DNA of 64,000 nt, from the IMG/VR virus record IMGVR_UViG_3300032280_000594; one strand, written 5' to 3'. Below the pieces are notes generated by a model. The model was not told the DNA's origin, ran no database searches, and saw only the letters and a list, made by a program, of their open reading frames with translations. Positions 36,508 to 45,965 of this stretch are shown piece by piece. The translations under genes were made by a program, and so were the position numbers. How positions within the stretch are numbered: position 1 is the stretch's first letter; each line of letters starts with the position of its first letter. This DNA is from a virus. Its lineage: Duplodnaviria; Heunggongvirae; Uroviricota; Caudoviricetes.

Positions 36508-36761
36508 TATTTTAATTGTATCATAGCGATTCCTTTGGAATCATTATAAAGAAGTATTTCTTTACCATCTTGTAGGGTTATTTTATACAAACCGATTGCA
36601 GAACCTGTTGTCTTTAAGGAACCGGTGATATATTCAATACTTTTAGCGTTATAGTTTTCTGTAGTTGGTACAGGATCTTGTTCGTTTTTTTGTGGTGTCA
36701 TATCAAGTTGACCACAAGAAACTAGTGTTGTTAATGTAAGTAATGTTATTATTTTTTTCAT
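36507..36761 (-). CDS. lipoprotein
   Basis: track ORF 36507..36824 trimmed to MKKIITLLTLTTLVSC (lipobox). Confidence 0.5.
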   Translation of the reverse strand: MKKIITLLTLTTLVSCGQLDMTPQKNEQDPVPTTENYNAKSIEYITGSLKTTGSAIGLYKITLQDGKEILLYNDSKGIAMIQLK

Positions 36762-36815
36762 ATTGTTGATTTTTATATTTACAAATATATAAATTATTTT
36801 TAATATATACAACAT

Positions 36816-37304
36816 ATGAGACATTTAAAAAGATTTAATGAGGGTTTACAACTTAAAGAGGTTGAAGAGTTAATGGATTTTGCTGAGAACTGTTTAGCTT
36901 TCCTATTGGATGAAGGTTTTCAACTTGAGTTGGTGGACAGATATTCACATGATCCAAATGATCCTTCATTTGATGAAAATACAGAATATTATTGGATTGG
37001 TCTTTATGGTCCAATTAATGATGAAGATAATACTAGAAACTTTAGTTGGGATGAAGTAAAGGATTATTATATCCCATTTATTAGTTTAATAAATAATAGA
37101 TATAGGTTAGTAGAAGGGGTCTATAAAGGAGATCTATTGACATACTTTAAGGTTCAAACAGGTCGTAGATTTGATGAACATTCATTTTTTAGCTTTACTG
37201 CTAAAGAAATTATGAATGATAAGGTTACTATAGTAAAGAACGACTTTAACTCTTATGAAGATAATATCTTTTCAATCTCAATAAAAATAAGTGGTAAGTT
37301 ATAA
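36816..37304 (+). CDS. FamA protein
   Basis: MRHLKRFNEG; FAENCLAFLLDEGF; WDEVKDYYIPFI. Confidence 0.65.
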   Translation: MRHLKRFNEGLQLKEVEELMDFAENCLAFLLDEGFQLELVDRYSHDPNDPSFDENTEYYWIGLYGPINDEDNTRNFSWDEVKDYYIPFISLINNRYRLVEGVYKGDLLTYFKVQTGRRFDEHSFFSFTAKEIMNDKVTIVKNDFNSYEDNIFSISIKISGKL

Positions 37305-37340
37305 AACAAAAAGAGAGACATAAGTCTCTCTTTTTGTTTT
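37303..37340. terminator. bidirectional intrinsic terminator, 17-bp perfect palindrome
   Basis: aaaacaaaaagagagac-ataa-gtctctctttttgtttt immediately after the stop of 36816..37304. Confidence 0.65.
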
Positions 37341-37420
37341 AGTTATGTACATATCTTTAAAAAGTTATTTCTATTAATTATATATTAAACTCTTAAATCA
37401 ATAATTAGAAAGTTATAATA

Positions 37421-37455
37421 AAAAATAAACCACCTATTGGTGGTTTATTTTTATT
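37421..37455. terminator. bidirectional intrinsic terminator
   Basis: ataaaccacc-tatt-ggtggtttat with T-runs on both sides; adjacent to the end of - gene 37454..37666. Confidence 0.6.
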
Positions 37456-37666
37456 ATTGTTTGAAGTGTTTCTCAATCATTTCTAATCTATCTTCGGCAG
37501 AAGCTAATAATTCTAATGATTCGGTTGCATCTTTTAGAAAATCATTTGCGGTATGGTCTCCGATACCTACACCATGTTTTGTTAATAATTCTAAAGACAT
37601 AAGAGCTTTCTCTTTGTCAGCGATTGCTTGTGCTTTTAAAGCAGATATTAATCTTGTTTGTTCCAT
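37454..37666 (-). CDS. small alpha-helical hypothetical protein
   Basis: 70 aa with a plausible globular helical sequence; preferred over the low-complexity antisense ORF 37437..37739. Confidence 0.5.
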   Translation of the reverse strand: MEQTRLISALKAQAIADKEKALMSLELLTKHGVGIGDHTANDFLKDATESLELLASAEDRLEMIEKHFKQ

Positions 37667-37692
37667 ATTGTTATTATTTTTGATTTATATAA

Positions 37693-37920
37693 TTATATTC
37701 CTAATTGTTTTAATTTTTCGTCTCTTATTTCTGGTTTAGTATGAAAGTTTTCATACGGGAAGGTATATAAACCACCAGAATCATCTTTAATAGTATATCC
37801 ATTTTCATTATTAATAACTTGATAATCTCTTTGGTGTGTTAAGTATTTCCACATTGCACTACCTTTATCTTGAATATACTCGGTTGTTATACAAGTAATT
37901 ATTTCTCCTTTTTGTTTCAT
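37693..37920 (-). CDS. FamB protein
   Basis: ends EIRDEKLKQLGI. Confidence 0.6.
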   Translation of the reverse strand: MKQKGEIITCITTEYIQDKGSAMWKYLTHQRDYQVINNENGYTIKDDSGGLYTFPYENFHTKPEIRDEKLKQLGI

Positions 37921-38008
37921 TGTTCGCCTACTTTAAAATACTTTTGTTCTATACCAACTGGATGTCCATTAGTGGAAACACTTTTAGTATTTTTAATACA
38001 TACTACTC

Positions 38009-38242
38009 TCATATTCCTAATTGTTCTAATCTTATTTCTCTCATAATTGCTATACTTTCTAAATAATCTATGGGTTCCATTATATCAAATAATATTTTTT
38101 TATGTTCACGTGTAACTAAGTTTTTCCAAGTAGCCTCTTTTCCAAATGGTGTTATATTATCATCTATATCTACTAGTGTATAGATTTCTTTATTGAACCA
38201 AGGTTGTCTTGAGTAAGACATTTTCATTCTATATAAAATCAT
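38009..38242 (-). CDS. FamB protein
   Basis: ends MREIRLEQLGI. Confidence 0.55.
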   Translation of the reverse strand: MILYRMKMSYSRQPWFNKEIYTLVDIDDNITPFGKEATWKNLVTREHKKILFDIMEPIDYLESIAIMREIRLEQLGI

Positions 38243-38451
38243 AGTCCCAATTGTTTTAATTTTTCTTCTCTATACTCTTCTAGGGTAATAAAGTTTTCTT
38301 TTATTTCCCAGCTTTTAAATCCATGATCATTCGTTATTAAATAGTTTAAATTAATGTAATTATTAAGTTCACTTTCATAAATCTTTCCCGGTGTTATTGG
38401 AGCAATGCTTCCTATTTCTGCTGAAGAGTTATTTATACATATTAATTTCAT
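38239..38451 (-). CDS. FamB protein
   Basis: MKLICINN...FITLEEYREEKLKQLGL. Confidence 0.6.
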   Translation of the reverse strand: MKLICINNSSAEIGSIAPITPGKIYESELNNYINLNYLITNDHGFKSWEIKENFITLEEYREEKLKQLGL

Positions 38452-38669
38452 ATACCAAGTTTTTTAAACTGTTCTTCTCGCCACATATCTATTTGAATAA
38501 AGTATTTTGTTTCATACCAATTCATTTCACTTTGTCCTTCAATATTTAACATATTTTTATTCCACGCTGCAAATCCCTCACCTTCTATAACGAAGATAAA
38601 ACTAGCACTATAAGGTTTATTTACTTCTAGTTCTGGATACTTTTGGTTATCTACACATACTACTTTCAT
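38448..38669 (-). CDS. FamB protein
   Basis: MKVVCVDN...MWREEQFKKLGI. Confidence 0.55.
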   Translation of the reverse strand: MKVVCVDNQKYPELEVNKPYSASFIFVIEGEGFAAWNKNMLNIEGQSEMNWYETKYFIQIDMWREEQFKKLGI

Positions 38670-38673
38670 ATTC

Positions 38674-38925
38674 TTATTTTATTCCTAATTGTTTTAATTT
38701 TTCTTCTCTCATATCTTGTAAGCTTTGAAATCTTTCACTAGAGAAAGAATTATTAGTTCCTTGGTCGGTTATCACTCTAATAGAAGGATTCATATGGTGA
38801 GAATAAACTTTATATCTTTTACCTTTGGTAAGCCAAGTTTCTACTTTGTAGTTATCTATGCAAAGTGTTTCTCGACCAGTATCAACTACTTGATTTATCA
38901 TCATTATGTATTCATCGTCTGTCAT
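38674..38925 (-). CDS. FamB protein
   Basis: ends LQDMREEKLKQLGIK. Confidence 0.6.
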   Translation of the reverse strand: MTDDEYIMMINQVVDTGRETLCIDNYKVETWLTKGKRYKVYSHHMNPSIRVITDQGTNNSFSSERFQSLQDMREEKLKQLGIK

Positions 38926-39158
38926 ATTCCAAGTTCTTTTAATTTATTATCTCTTTCATTTACCATCACTTCCGCGGTGGCATCTTCAAACCATATCACA
39001 TCATTTATAGTAGGTGTTACTTGACTGGTTATACCACCATCGTTTATAATACTGATATAATGATCATATTTTTGTTCAACCACTTGATAAATTTTACCTA
39101 GTGTTATATTATCATAGTAGAAATCTTGGCCATTATAAATACACTTTACCCATTTCAT
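38922..39158 (-). CDS. FamB protein
   Basis: MKWVKCIY...WFEDATAEVMVNERDNKLKELGI. Confidence 0.6.
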   Translation of the reverse strand: MKWVKCIYNGQDFYYDNITLGKIYQVVEQKYDHYISIINDGGITSQVTPTINDVIWFEDATAEVMVNERDNKLKELGI

Positions 39159-39469
39159 ATTCCTAGTTCTTTAAGTTTATTATCTCTAAACATTGATGTT
39201 ATTATACCATAATCAAAATCCATATCTGTTCTGATTGAACCAAGTTTTCTTGAGAAGAATTGTGGTATCGCTTCTTCTATTAACCACTCTTTTATTTGAT
39301 CTTTTATTGGTATAAAGGATTCTGCTGGTGCGATATAATACTTATCACCTTTTTGTTTAAGAATAAAAAATGTTGTATGTACTTTATTTTGTTCACTATA
39401 TGAAGAACGTGATTTGTTTAAACTTAGAGACCATTCAGAGTTATTTATTTTAGTTAGTGTCATTTTCAT
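39155..39469 (-). CDS. FamB protein
   Basis: ends MFRDNKLKELGI. Confidence 0.6.
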   Translation of the reverse strand: MKMTLTKINNSEWSLSLNKSRSSYSEQNKVHTTFFILKQKGDKYYIAPAESFIPIKDQIKEWLIEEAIPQFFSRKLGSIRTDMDFDYGIITSMFRDNKLKELGI

Positions 39470-39696
39470 ATTCCCAGTTCTTTAAGTTTATTATCTCTTA
39501 TATCAGCGGTGGCATCTTCAAACCATATTCTATTATTAGGATGTGATTGAAACATATCATATGTGGTTATTCTATCATCATCATCTATTAGTTCTAAGAA
39601 TTTTTGACCATTCCAATCATAGTAATTTACTACTTCGTATATTTTTCCATAGGTTACACCATGACCTAATTTATTGACACATCTAACCCACTTCAT
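39466..39696 (-). CDS. FamB protein
   Basis: MKWVRCVN...IWFEDATADIRDNKLKELGI. Confidence 0.6.
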   Translation of the reverse strand: MKWVRCVNKLGHGVTYGKIYEVVNYYDWNGQKFLELIDDDDRITTYDMFQSHPNNRIWFEDATADIRDNKLKELGI

Positions 39697-39961
39697 CTAA
39701 TAGTTGATTTAATTTATTATCTCTTATATCAGCGGTGGCATCTTCGAACCATATTCTATCATAACCGGATTCGTCTTTACCTGCAGTAATTGCATATGTC
39801 ATTATATTACCATTGTTCTGTAGTATTCGAATATACTCTTCTCCCATTTCTACAAAGTAATCTTTCACTTCATATATTTTCCCGGTGGTAATAGTTGGTT
39901 TTGCTATTTCACCTTTTTGATATAAATCATACCCGTCATATAAACATCTAACCCATTTCAT
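39683..39961 (-). CDS. FamB protein (extended tail variant)
   Basis: MKWVRCLY...IWFEDATADIRDNKLNQLLDEVG. Confidence 0.55.
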   Translation of the reverse strand: MKWVRCLYDGYDLYQKGEIAKPTITTGKIYEVKDYFVEMGEEYIRILQNNGNIMTYAITAGKDESGYDRIWFEDATADIRDNKLNQLLDEVG

Positions 39962-39966
39962 ATTTT

Positions 39967-40686
39967 TTACTTTTTAAATTCAAATTGAATCAAACCCCAA
40001 TCAACTTCAAGTCCATTTGTGGTATATTTAATTCCTAGTATATCACAAATTCCATCATAAATAATATTTTCATTAGCTTTATCTAGTCCAAAGAAATAAG
40101 AAAAGAAAGAAAGCATTTCAGGTTTATCTTTAAACACGAAAGGATACTGGTTATATTGAGTTCTTACAATTTTTTGTTGTAATAATGGAAGATCATTAAA
40201 TGAATCTTCTGTAAAGAAAATTCCATTGTGTCCTAATGAATTATATTGATTAACAAATTCATTTAAAAAAATATCAACTGTAGTACCTTTTTTAACATCT
40301 GAAAAGATAAATGAACCATTTTCTTTCAAAACTCTCAAGCATTCGTTCACAAATTTAGGAACATCATTCAAATGGTGCATTCCACTTAAAGAAAGAACTA
40401 AATCAAATGAATTATCTGAATATGGAAAGTGTGTAGGATTTGCAAGCTGTATTCTTTCATTTGTAAAACCTTCTGAAAAGTCAGCAGAGATAAGTTCAAT
40501 ATTATTGGAAAGATATTTTTTTAAATAACCTCCACCAGATGGAATATCTAAAACTTTGTTTATACTTGAGAAATCGGTACTAGAAATTAAACTTTCAAAT
40601 TCATAAGAGCGAACATCTGGATATTTCTGCATTGCCCAATGATAATCATTAGCTCTTTTTTCAAAAATTTTTTGGTAGTCGTTCAT
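39967..40686 (-). CDS. class I SAM-dependent methyltransferase
   Basis: motif I VLDIPSGGGY, post-I ELISADFSE, motif II FDLVLSL; substrate not inferable. Confidence 0.65.
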   Translation of the reverse strand: MNDYQKIFEKRANDYHWAMQKYPDVRSYEFESLISSTDFSSINKVLDIPSGGGYLKKYLSNNIELISADFSEGFTNERIQLANPTHFPYSDNSFDLVLSLSGMHHLNDVPKFVNECLRVLKENGSFIFSDVKKGTTVDIFLNEFVNQYNSLGHNGIFFTEDSFNDLPLLQQKIVRTQYNQYPFVFKDKPEMLSFFSYFFGLDKANENIIYDGICDILGIKYTTNGLEVDWGLIQFEFKK

Positions 40687-40687
40687 T

Positions 40688-41575
40688 TTAATGTATAAAG
40701 TTTTTCATCTTCCAAGCTTCAACTGTATTTAGAATCAACCCAGATATAGTCATTGGTCCAACACCTCCTGGTACAGGAGTGATTCTTGCTTTCTTTACAA
40801 TTTCATTATAGTCACAATCACCTACTAGTTTACCGTTATCTAATTTATTAATACCAACATCAATAATAACTGCACCTTCTTTAATCATATCTGCGGTTAC
40901 TAGATTAGGTTTACCAACTGCTACAATAACAATATCTGCTTTTAAACACTCTTCTTTTAGAAGTGATTTAGGTGTATTAATATCACAGGTGGTTACTGTT
41001 GATCTTCCTATATTAAAATCATTGGCAAGCATAATTGATATAGGTTTACCAACGTGATTTGATTTCCCTATAACAACAACATGTTTGCCTTTAGTTTCAA
41101 TTTGGTAGTACTCTAGAAGTTTCAGAATACCATAAGCGGTTGCGGGTCTCATTGATTTTTGACCTAACGCCATTTTACCAAAGTTAAGAGGATGGAAACC
41201 ATCAATATCTTTGTAAGCACTTATCTCATTGATAATTGGTTCAGGTCGGATATGATTAGGTAAAGGTAGTTGAACTATGAATCCATCGTGGTGAGATTTG
41301 TTTAGGTTTTTAACTTCTAGTAATAAATCATATTCGGATATAGTTTCATCAAATCTAATTAGGTTATAATTTATGTTAGCGGATTCACAAGCTTTTAGTT
41401 TAGCTTTGACATACGATTCAGATGCAGGGTTATTACCAACAAGGATGATAGCTATACTAGGTTTGGCTATGGTATATCCTAATCTTTGTTTAGATTCGTT
41501 TATATGTTCGTCAACTCTTTCTTTAACTTGGTTGATAATTTTTTCCGATACTTCTTTACCGTTTAATGTATTCAT
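40688..41575 (-). CDS. folD: bifunctional 5,10-methylene-tetrahydrofolate dehydrogenase / methenyl-THF cyclohydrolase
   Basis: ILVGNNPASESYVKAK, QLPLP, YKDIDGFHPLN, GKSNHVGKP, TPVPGGVGPMT signature segments. Confidence 0.85.
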   Translation of the reverse strand: MNTLNGKEVSEKIINQVKERVDEHINESKQRLGYTIAKPSIAIILVGNNPASESYVKAKLKACESANINYNLIRFDETISEYDLLLEVKNLNKSHHDGFIVQLPLPNHIRPEPIINEISAYKDIDGFHPLNFGKMALGQKSMRPATAYGILKLLEYYQIETKGKHVVVIGKSNHVGKPISIMLANDFNIGRSTVTTCDINTPKSLLKEECLKADIVIVAVGKPNLVTADMIKEGAVIIDVGINKLDNGKLVGDCDYNEIVKKARITPVPGGVGPMTISGLILNTVEAWKMKNFIH

Positions 41576-41584
41576 AATTTTTGT

Positions 41585-42142
41585 TTAGTATGTTCTTATT
41601 CTAGTCCAGTTATTTCTATAGTTTTTATTATTAACACAGAATGTGGCATATGAGTTTACAATTGGTCTACCAGTATTATAAGCACCACAAACAAGTTTCC
41701 AGTTTGAATACTGTTTGTGTAGTTTATGTAGTAGTTTCATACTTGTTTGTATGTTTAGTTCTACGTTATTTCTTAGGTTATTTTTAGATATTTTTTTATT
41801 TTGTATATACGTAGCAGTTGCTGGCATAACTTGCATAGGTCCTACAGCACCTGCGGATGATGATTGATTAGGTTTATACGTCCAATCAAAAGGTCCTTTA
41901 TATTTAGTTTCTAGATAAGCTACATTAAATGCGATATGTTTAGGTATGTCATATACATTAGAGTAGTGATCTATTAACTCATACATTTTCAATGGAGTTG
42001 GATAGTTTAAATCAGAGCTACCCAACTTATCTAAATTAACTTCTTTGTTTTTTTCTACTTTGGTAATAATATTAAAAGAACTGGTTAAGATTACTGCAGA
42101 TAAACAAAGTGTCATAAATAGTAATATTGATTTTATATTCAT
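41585..42142 (-). CDS. lytic transglycosylase (SLT domain) with signal peptide
   Basis: N-terminal signal MNIKSILLFMTLCLSAVIL; catalytic-region motif AGAVGPMQVMPATA. Confidence 0.7.
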   Translation of the reverse strand: MNIKSILLFMTLCLSAVILTSSFNIITKVEKNKEVNLDKLGSSDLNYPTPLKMYELIDHYSNVYDIPKHIAFNVAYLETKYKGPFDWTYKPNQSSSAGAVGPMQVMPATATYIQNKKISKNNLRNNVELNIQTSMKLLHKLHKQYSNWKLVCGAYNTGRPIVNSYATFCVNNKNYRNNWTRIRTY

Positions 42143-42148
42143 GTGTGT

Positions 42149-42475
42149 TTATTCTATTTTTGTATTATTTTGACCCCATACATTTTTTGCATAAAGTTTG
42201 AATATGGTTTTACCAATTGAATCTTGGTAGATGGTATAGTTACCGGTTTTCTTTTCAATAACAATTAGGTGATTGTTTTCATCAATTCCTAAGTTTACTT
42301 CTGATTTGTTGATAGTTTTTACTTCAATTTTAGTAGTTGGTTTACTAGTCATTCTATTATAGAAAACTCCAACAAAGAAAGAAGCTACTACTGAACAAAT
42401 TATGATGCTATAAATAGTAATATTTTTAAATATTGGCATCATTTTCTCTTTTAATTTTTTTAATCTTTCACTCAT
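42149..42475 (-). CDS. membrane-anchored hypothetical protein
   Basis: TM helix ITIYSIIICSVVASFFVGVFY. Confidence 0.45.
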   Translation of the reverse strand: MSERLKKLKEKMMPIFKNITIYSIIICSVVASFFVGVFYNRMTSKPTTKIEVKTINKSEVNLGIDENNHLIVIEKKTGNYTIYQDSIGKTIFKLYAKNVWGQNNTKIE

Positions 42476-42582
42476 AATTTCTATTTTTTAATTGTTTTTA
42501 ATTATTTATATTCAAATTTTTACATAAAGTTTATCATTGTACTATATGTCAGTTATTTATATATTTAATAACTCGTACCATT

Positions 42583-42891
42583 TCATATTCCCAATTCATT
42601 AAGTTTAGCATCTCTGATATAAGATTTATTACCTGGATATAAAATCATCAACTCTTTAAGGTTATTACCTTCTTTAGTTTGTTTATATTCGTGTGCTACT
42701 TCTGTTTGTTCATTATCGGTTAAACTATCCCACCAGAATTTATTTGGTATTTTTATTCTAAATTCTTTAAGAAAACGTTCTCTCATTCTTTGTTTTTGTC
42801 TATTAGTCATATTTTGACCATAGTAAATACTTTCAGGTTTATTTTGGTGATTAGTTACTTGTTTTATTGTAGCTTTATCTTTATATCTCAT
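42583..42891 (-). CDS. FamB protein
   Basis: ends YIRDAKLNELGI. Confidence 0.55.
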   Translation of the reverse strand: MRYKDKATIKQVTNHQNKPESIYYGQNMTNRQKQRMRERFLKEFRIKIPNKFWWDSLTDNEQTEVAHEYKQTKEGNNLKELMILYPGNKSYIRDAKLNELGI

Positions 42892-43145
42892 ATTCCTAAT
42901 TTTTTTAGATTTTGTTCTCTTTTATATATCGTTACCAAGTCAGCACATTCTTTTATTGATGATTTTTTACCATTTATCTGAAATTCCATATGGTATTTTC
43001 TACCTTTAGATATGTGAGGGAAATTTGTATAATTTGAGTTATATGGTGTTAGATGGATATCTTTTTGTATAAAATCATCGCCGAATTGAAATTGTACGTG
43101 TGTACCATAAGGTGCCATATAATCGATAAATTCTTGTTCTGTCAT
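42888..43145 (-). CDS. FamB protein
   Basis: ends YKREQNLKKLGI. Confidence 0.55.
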   Translation of the reverse strand: MTEQEFIDYMAPYGTHVQFQFGDDFIQKDIHLTPYNSNYTNFPHISKGRKYHMEFQINGKKSSIKECADLVTIYKREQNLKKLGI

Positions 43146-43177
43146 ATTCCTAATTCATTTAATTGTTCTCTGTATTA

Positions 43178-43444
43178 CTAATACATATTACTTTCATTTA
43201 ATAATCGTTCTAACTGTCTTTGTCTCCACTCTTGTAAGGTAACAAATCGTTCTGATCTATACGAAGCTTTTTGACCTTCATCATTGATAATATAAACTAT
43301 TTGTATTTCCTTGTTTTTGTATGGTTCAGGGTCGTTTAAAACTTTATAAGCTTTGTTGATGGTTAAAGCGACTGGGTTGATAGTTTCGTTTATCTTACCT
43401 TTTGACGTGTTATCTATACAGAAAACCATATCGTATTGTTTCAT
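43178..43444 (-). CDS. FamB protein
   Basis: ends FVTLQEWRQRQLERLLNESNMY. Confidence 0.5.
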   Translation of the reverse strand: MKQYDMVFCIDNTSKGKINETINPVALTINKAYKVLNDPEPYKNKEIQIVYIINDEGQKASYRSERFVTLQEWRQRQLERLLNESNMY

Positions 43445-43446
43445 AC

Positions 43447-43869
43447 TTATTCTATATCTAATTGTTTCAGTTTTAAATCTCTAGCAAACGCTTTATCTTT
43501 CGATAGTACATCTACAACACTTTCTAATTTATGAGTAGATTCTTGTTTATTCTTATTTACTTTATCTCTTTTAATTCTTCTTTTAATTCTAGCGGATATA
43601 CCAAAGTAAGGGAATAACAATCTAAACTTGGATATACCAATATCCGAAAACGAAACTGCATCTGATCTTTTACTTAGCCAACTCTTATCATTATTATGAT
43701 GTGTAAATACTAGTTTATAATCTGGTACTACATCAATGGTGATGTTTCCTATTCTACAATGATATAATGTCCAGGTACTTTCACCAGCATCTTTTTTATC
43801 CATTGTCCATTTTGCTTCTTCATTATCGATTAAAGATAAGTAGAAATCTTTTATTTGTTTATTTGTCAT
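43447..43869 (-). CDS. FamB-like protein
   Basis: ends KAFARDLKLKQLDIE. Confidence 0.45.
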   Translation of the reverse strand: MTNKQIKDFYLSLIDNEEAKWTMDKKDAGESTWTLYHCRIGNITIDVVPDYKLVFTHHNNDKSWLSKRSDAVSFSDIGISKFRLLFPYFGISARIKRRIKRDKVNKNKQESTHKLESVVDVLSKDKAFARDLKLKQLDIE

Positions 43870-44480
43870 TATGCTATATTTAGTTCGTTAAATCTTAGTT
43901 CTCTTAGTACTTGTTTATTTATTTGTAGTGGTTCACCATTACCATATCTTTTAAAGTGTTTAGTAAGGTAAGCTTCGATTGTTGTTTCTTCATCACCCAT
44001 ATCAGAAGGAGATATACCATATGGAATTACAAGTTTATCACCTAACATATAAGAACTGATATAATTCATTTTAAGTTCATAGTCTTTTATCATGGTGTAA
44101 ATCTTTTGGTAGTTGATAAAAGCATTGAATAGTATTTCCCATTTACAAACAGGTTCTTTTCTGATAATACGCTCTGCAATATCATTGGTTATAGGATAAA
44201 TTTTATAAGCGAAACAACTATCATAATTCCATCTTCTTGGTGTATTGATGATGTCGTGTTCAAAGAAGTAGTACTGACCATTTTGTTTGGTTAAACCATT
44301 TTGTATTTGGTCGGAAGATTGTTTATATTCTTCTTTATGTTTTTCAAAAGCAATTGCCGTTTCATCACTGATTACATTGATGAATGGTTCGCATTTGGTT
44401 AGGGTTTTTATGGCTTTATCTCTGAGTACTATCATGTGAGTTCTTTTTACAAAAGTAGCAAGAATAATTTTATTGTACAA
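43869..44480 (-). CDS. hypothetical protein with FamB-like tail (LRELRFNELNIA)
   Basis: ORF track 203 aa. Confidence 0.45.
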   Translation of the reverse strand: MYNKIILATFVKRTHMIVLRDKAIKTLTKCEPFINVISDETAIAFEKHKEEYKQSSDQIQNGLTKQNGQYYFFEHDIINTPRRWNYDSCFAYKIYPITNDIAERIIRKEPVCKWEILFNAFINYQKIYTMIKDYELKMNYISSYMLGDKLVIPYGISPSDMGDEETTIEAYLTKHFKRYGNGEPLQINKQVLRELRFNELNIA

Positions 44481-44498
44481 GTTTTTTATATATAGTTT

Positions 44499-44996
44499 AT
44501 GAAGTATTTAAAAAGGTTCAATGAGAGTGTAAGTGAAGAAGATTTAAGAGACTTCTGTGAAAGTTCATTAGCTTATTTAATGGATGAAGGTTTCACTATT
44601 AAGATTTTTGGAGAAAGAGCATTACCTTATTCAAGTTTACCTAAAAGACAATTCAATATATGGCTACACAAAGATAATTCAAAAGAATTTTTTAAATGGG
44701 ATGATGTAAAAGATTATTATATTCCGTTCTTACAATTATTATCTAATAGATATGAAATATATCATTTCGATAGTAATCAACCAGAAATTAGATTTAGATA
44801 CCGTAAAAAGAGTGATTACTCGTTTGTCAATGTAAATAAAGACTTCAGTTATGGTAGAGTTATCAATGATGATGTATTTGATTCAGAAGGTTATTGGAAA
44901 GATAACATATTCTATAAATGGATACCAGATCCAGATATAGCTGGGATAGGAGTTATCATAAAAGAAAAAACTAATCAAATAAAATTAGAGATATGA
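44499..44996 (+). CDS. FamA protein
   Basis: MKYLKRFNES; FCESSLAYLMDEGF; WDDVKDYYIPFL. Confidence 0.65.
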   Translation: MKYLKRFNESVSEEDLRDFCESSLAYLMDEGFTIKIFGERALPYSSLPKRQFNIWLHKDNSKEFFKWDDVKDYYIPFLQLLSNRYEIYHFDSNQPEIRFRYRKKSDYSFVNVNKDFSYGRVINDDVFDSEGYWKDNIFYKWIPDPDIAGIGVIIKEKTNQIKLEI

Positions 44997-45400
44997 AACA
45001 TTTAAGAAAGTTCAATGAGAGACTTGAACACAGTGACATAAAAGATTTCTGTGAGATCAATCTAGCTTATTTGTTAGATGAGGGTGTTGATGTTCAAGTT
45101 AGTTATTATGATAGTTCCGAAGATGAGGTGGTTATTGATTTTCATGAGAAGATTTTTTGGAATGAGTGTAAGGATCATATTATTCCATTTTTAAGTAGAG
45201 TGGGTAATAAGTATGAGTTAGGTGAGTTTGGTATTATTAAAAATAATTTTATGTTTGCAGTTAAAGGAACACACGGTATTCGAGTAGATGTTAATATAAG
45301 TTATGATAATATAGATGATGTCGAACAAAGACTTTCTAAACACTGGGAAGGTAATTTGATTATGGATAGAATAATCTTTTATGTTAAAAATGAAAAATAG
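44993..45400 (+). CDS. FamA protein
   Basis: MKHLRKFNER; FCEINLAYLLDEGV; WNECKDHIIPFL. Confidence 0.65.
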   Translation: MKHLRKFNERLEHSDIKDFCEINLAYLLDEGVDVQVSYYDSSEDEVVIDFHEKIFWNECKDHIIPFLSRVGNKYELGEFGIIKNNFMFAVKGTHGIRVDVNISYDNIDDVEQRLSKHWEGNLIMDRIIFYVKNEK

Positions 45401-45401
45401 T

Positions 45402-45947
45402 ATGAAATATTTAGTACGAAGTACTCTTTACCGAGGTAAAGTAAGAAGATTTAACGAAAGTTTAGATGAAAATGAGTTACTTGATTTCTGTGAGGCAAAT
45501 CTAGCTTATCTATTAGATGAAGGATTTGATATAATGATTAGTGGTAATAATTTCAGTGGAGATTCTTTTAAAAGTATAAAAATAACTAATCCAAGATCTT
45601 TAGATGATCGTCAGGATGGTACGGTAAATTATTTTAAATGGAATGACATTAAAGATCATTTTATACCATTTTTGACACGTTTATTAAATGAGTATTCAAT
45701 TTATGGTAACTTTGTTATAACTGATGGTATATTGTTTCACTATGTGGCACCTATGTATGCTCATGATAGAAGTACTAATTGGTATAAATTCTCTGGGTTA
45801 AGGACTACAAAGTTGTATAGACCATCGGTAAGTCAGGTATTAAATGATGAGATATATAATGAGATAAGTACTATACATAATGATAAACATTGTATGGATT
45901 ACTTATTTAGTATTGAATTATTAGTAACAGAAAAGCAAAAATCTTAA
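45402..45947 (+). CDS. FamA protein with a 10-aa insertion inside the leader (MKYL-VRSTLYRGKV-RRFNES)
   Basis: track ORF 45381..45947 trimmed to ATG 45402 (TAGTATG junction); FCEANLAYLLDEGF; WNDIKDHFIPFL. Confidence 0.6.
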   Translation: MKYLVRSTLYRGKVRRFNESLDENELLDFCEANLAYLLDEGFDIMISGNNFSGDSFKSIKITNPRSLDDRQDGTVNYFKWNDIKDHFIPFLTRLLNEYSIYGNFVITDGILFHYVAPMYAHDRSTNWYKFSGLRTTKLYRPSVSQVLNDEIYNEISTIHNDKHCMDYLFSIELLVTEKQKS

Positions 45948-45965
45948 TTGATTTTTGCTTTATTA
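45933..45965. terminator. intrinsic terminator between convergent genes
   Basis: gcaaaaatc-ttaatt-gatttttgc then TTTATTATT; overlaps stop of 45402..45947. Confidence 0.5.

Noticed and set aside
37437-37739. Plus-strand ORF overlapping the minus-strand 37454..37666
   Set aside because: The plus product is poly-Leu/Ile/Phe low complexity, while the minus product is a plausible helical protein bounded by two terminators
38239-39961. AGGAATATGA at FamB gene ends as an SD for the next gene, which would explain tail conservation at DNA level
   Set aside because: Tail codons vary synonymously (tta/ctt/ttg, gga/ggt/ggg) while the peptide is constant, so conservation is at protein level
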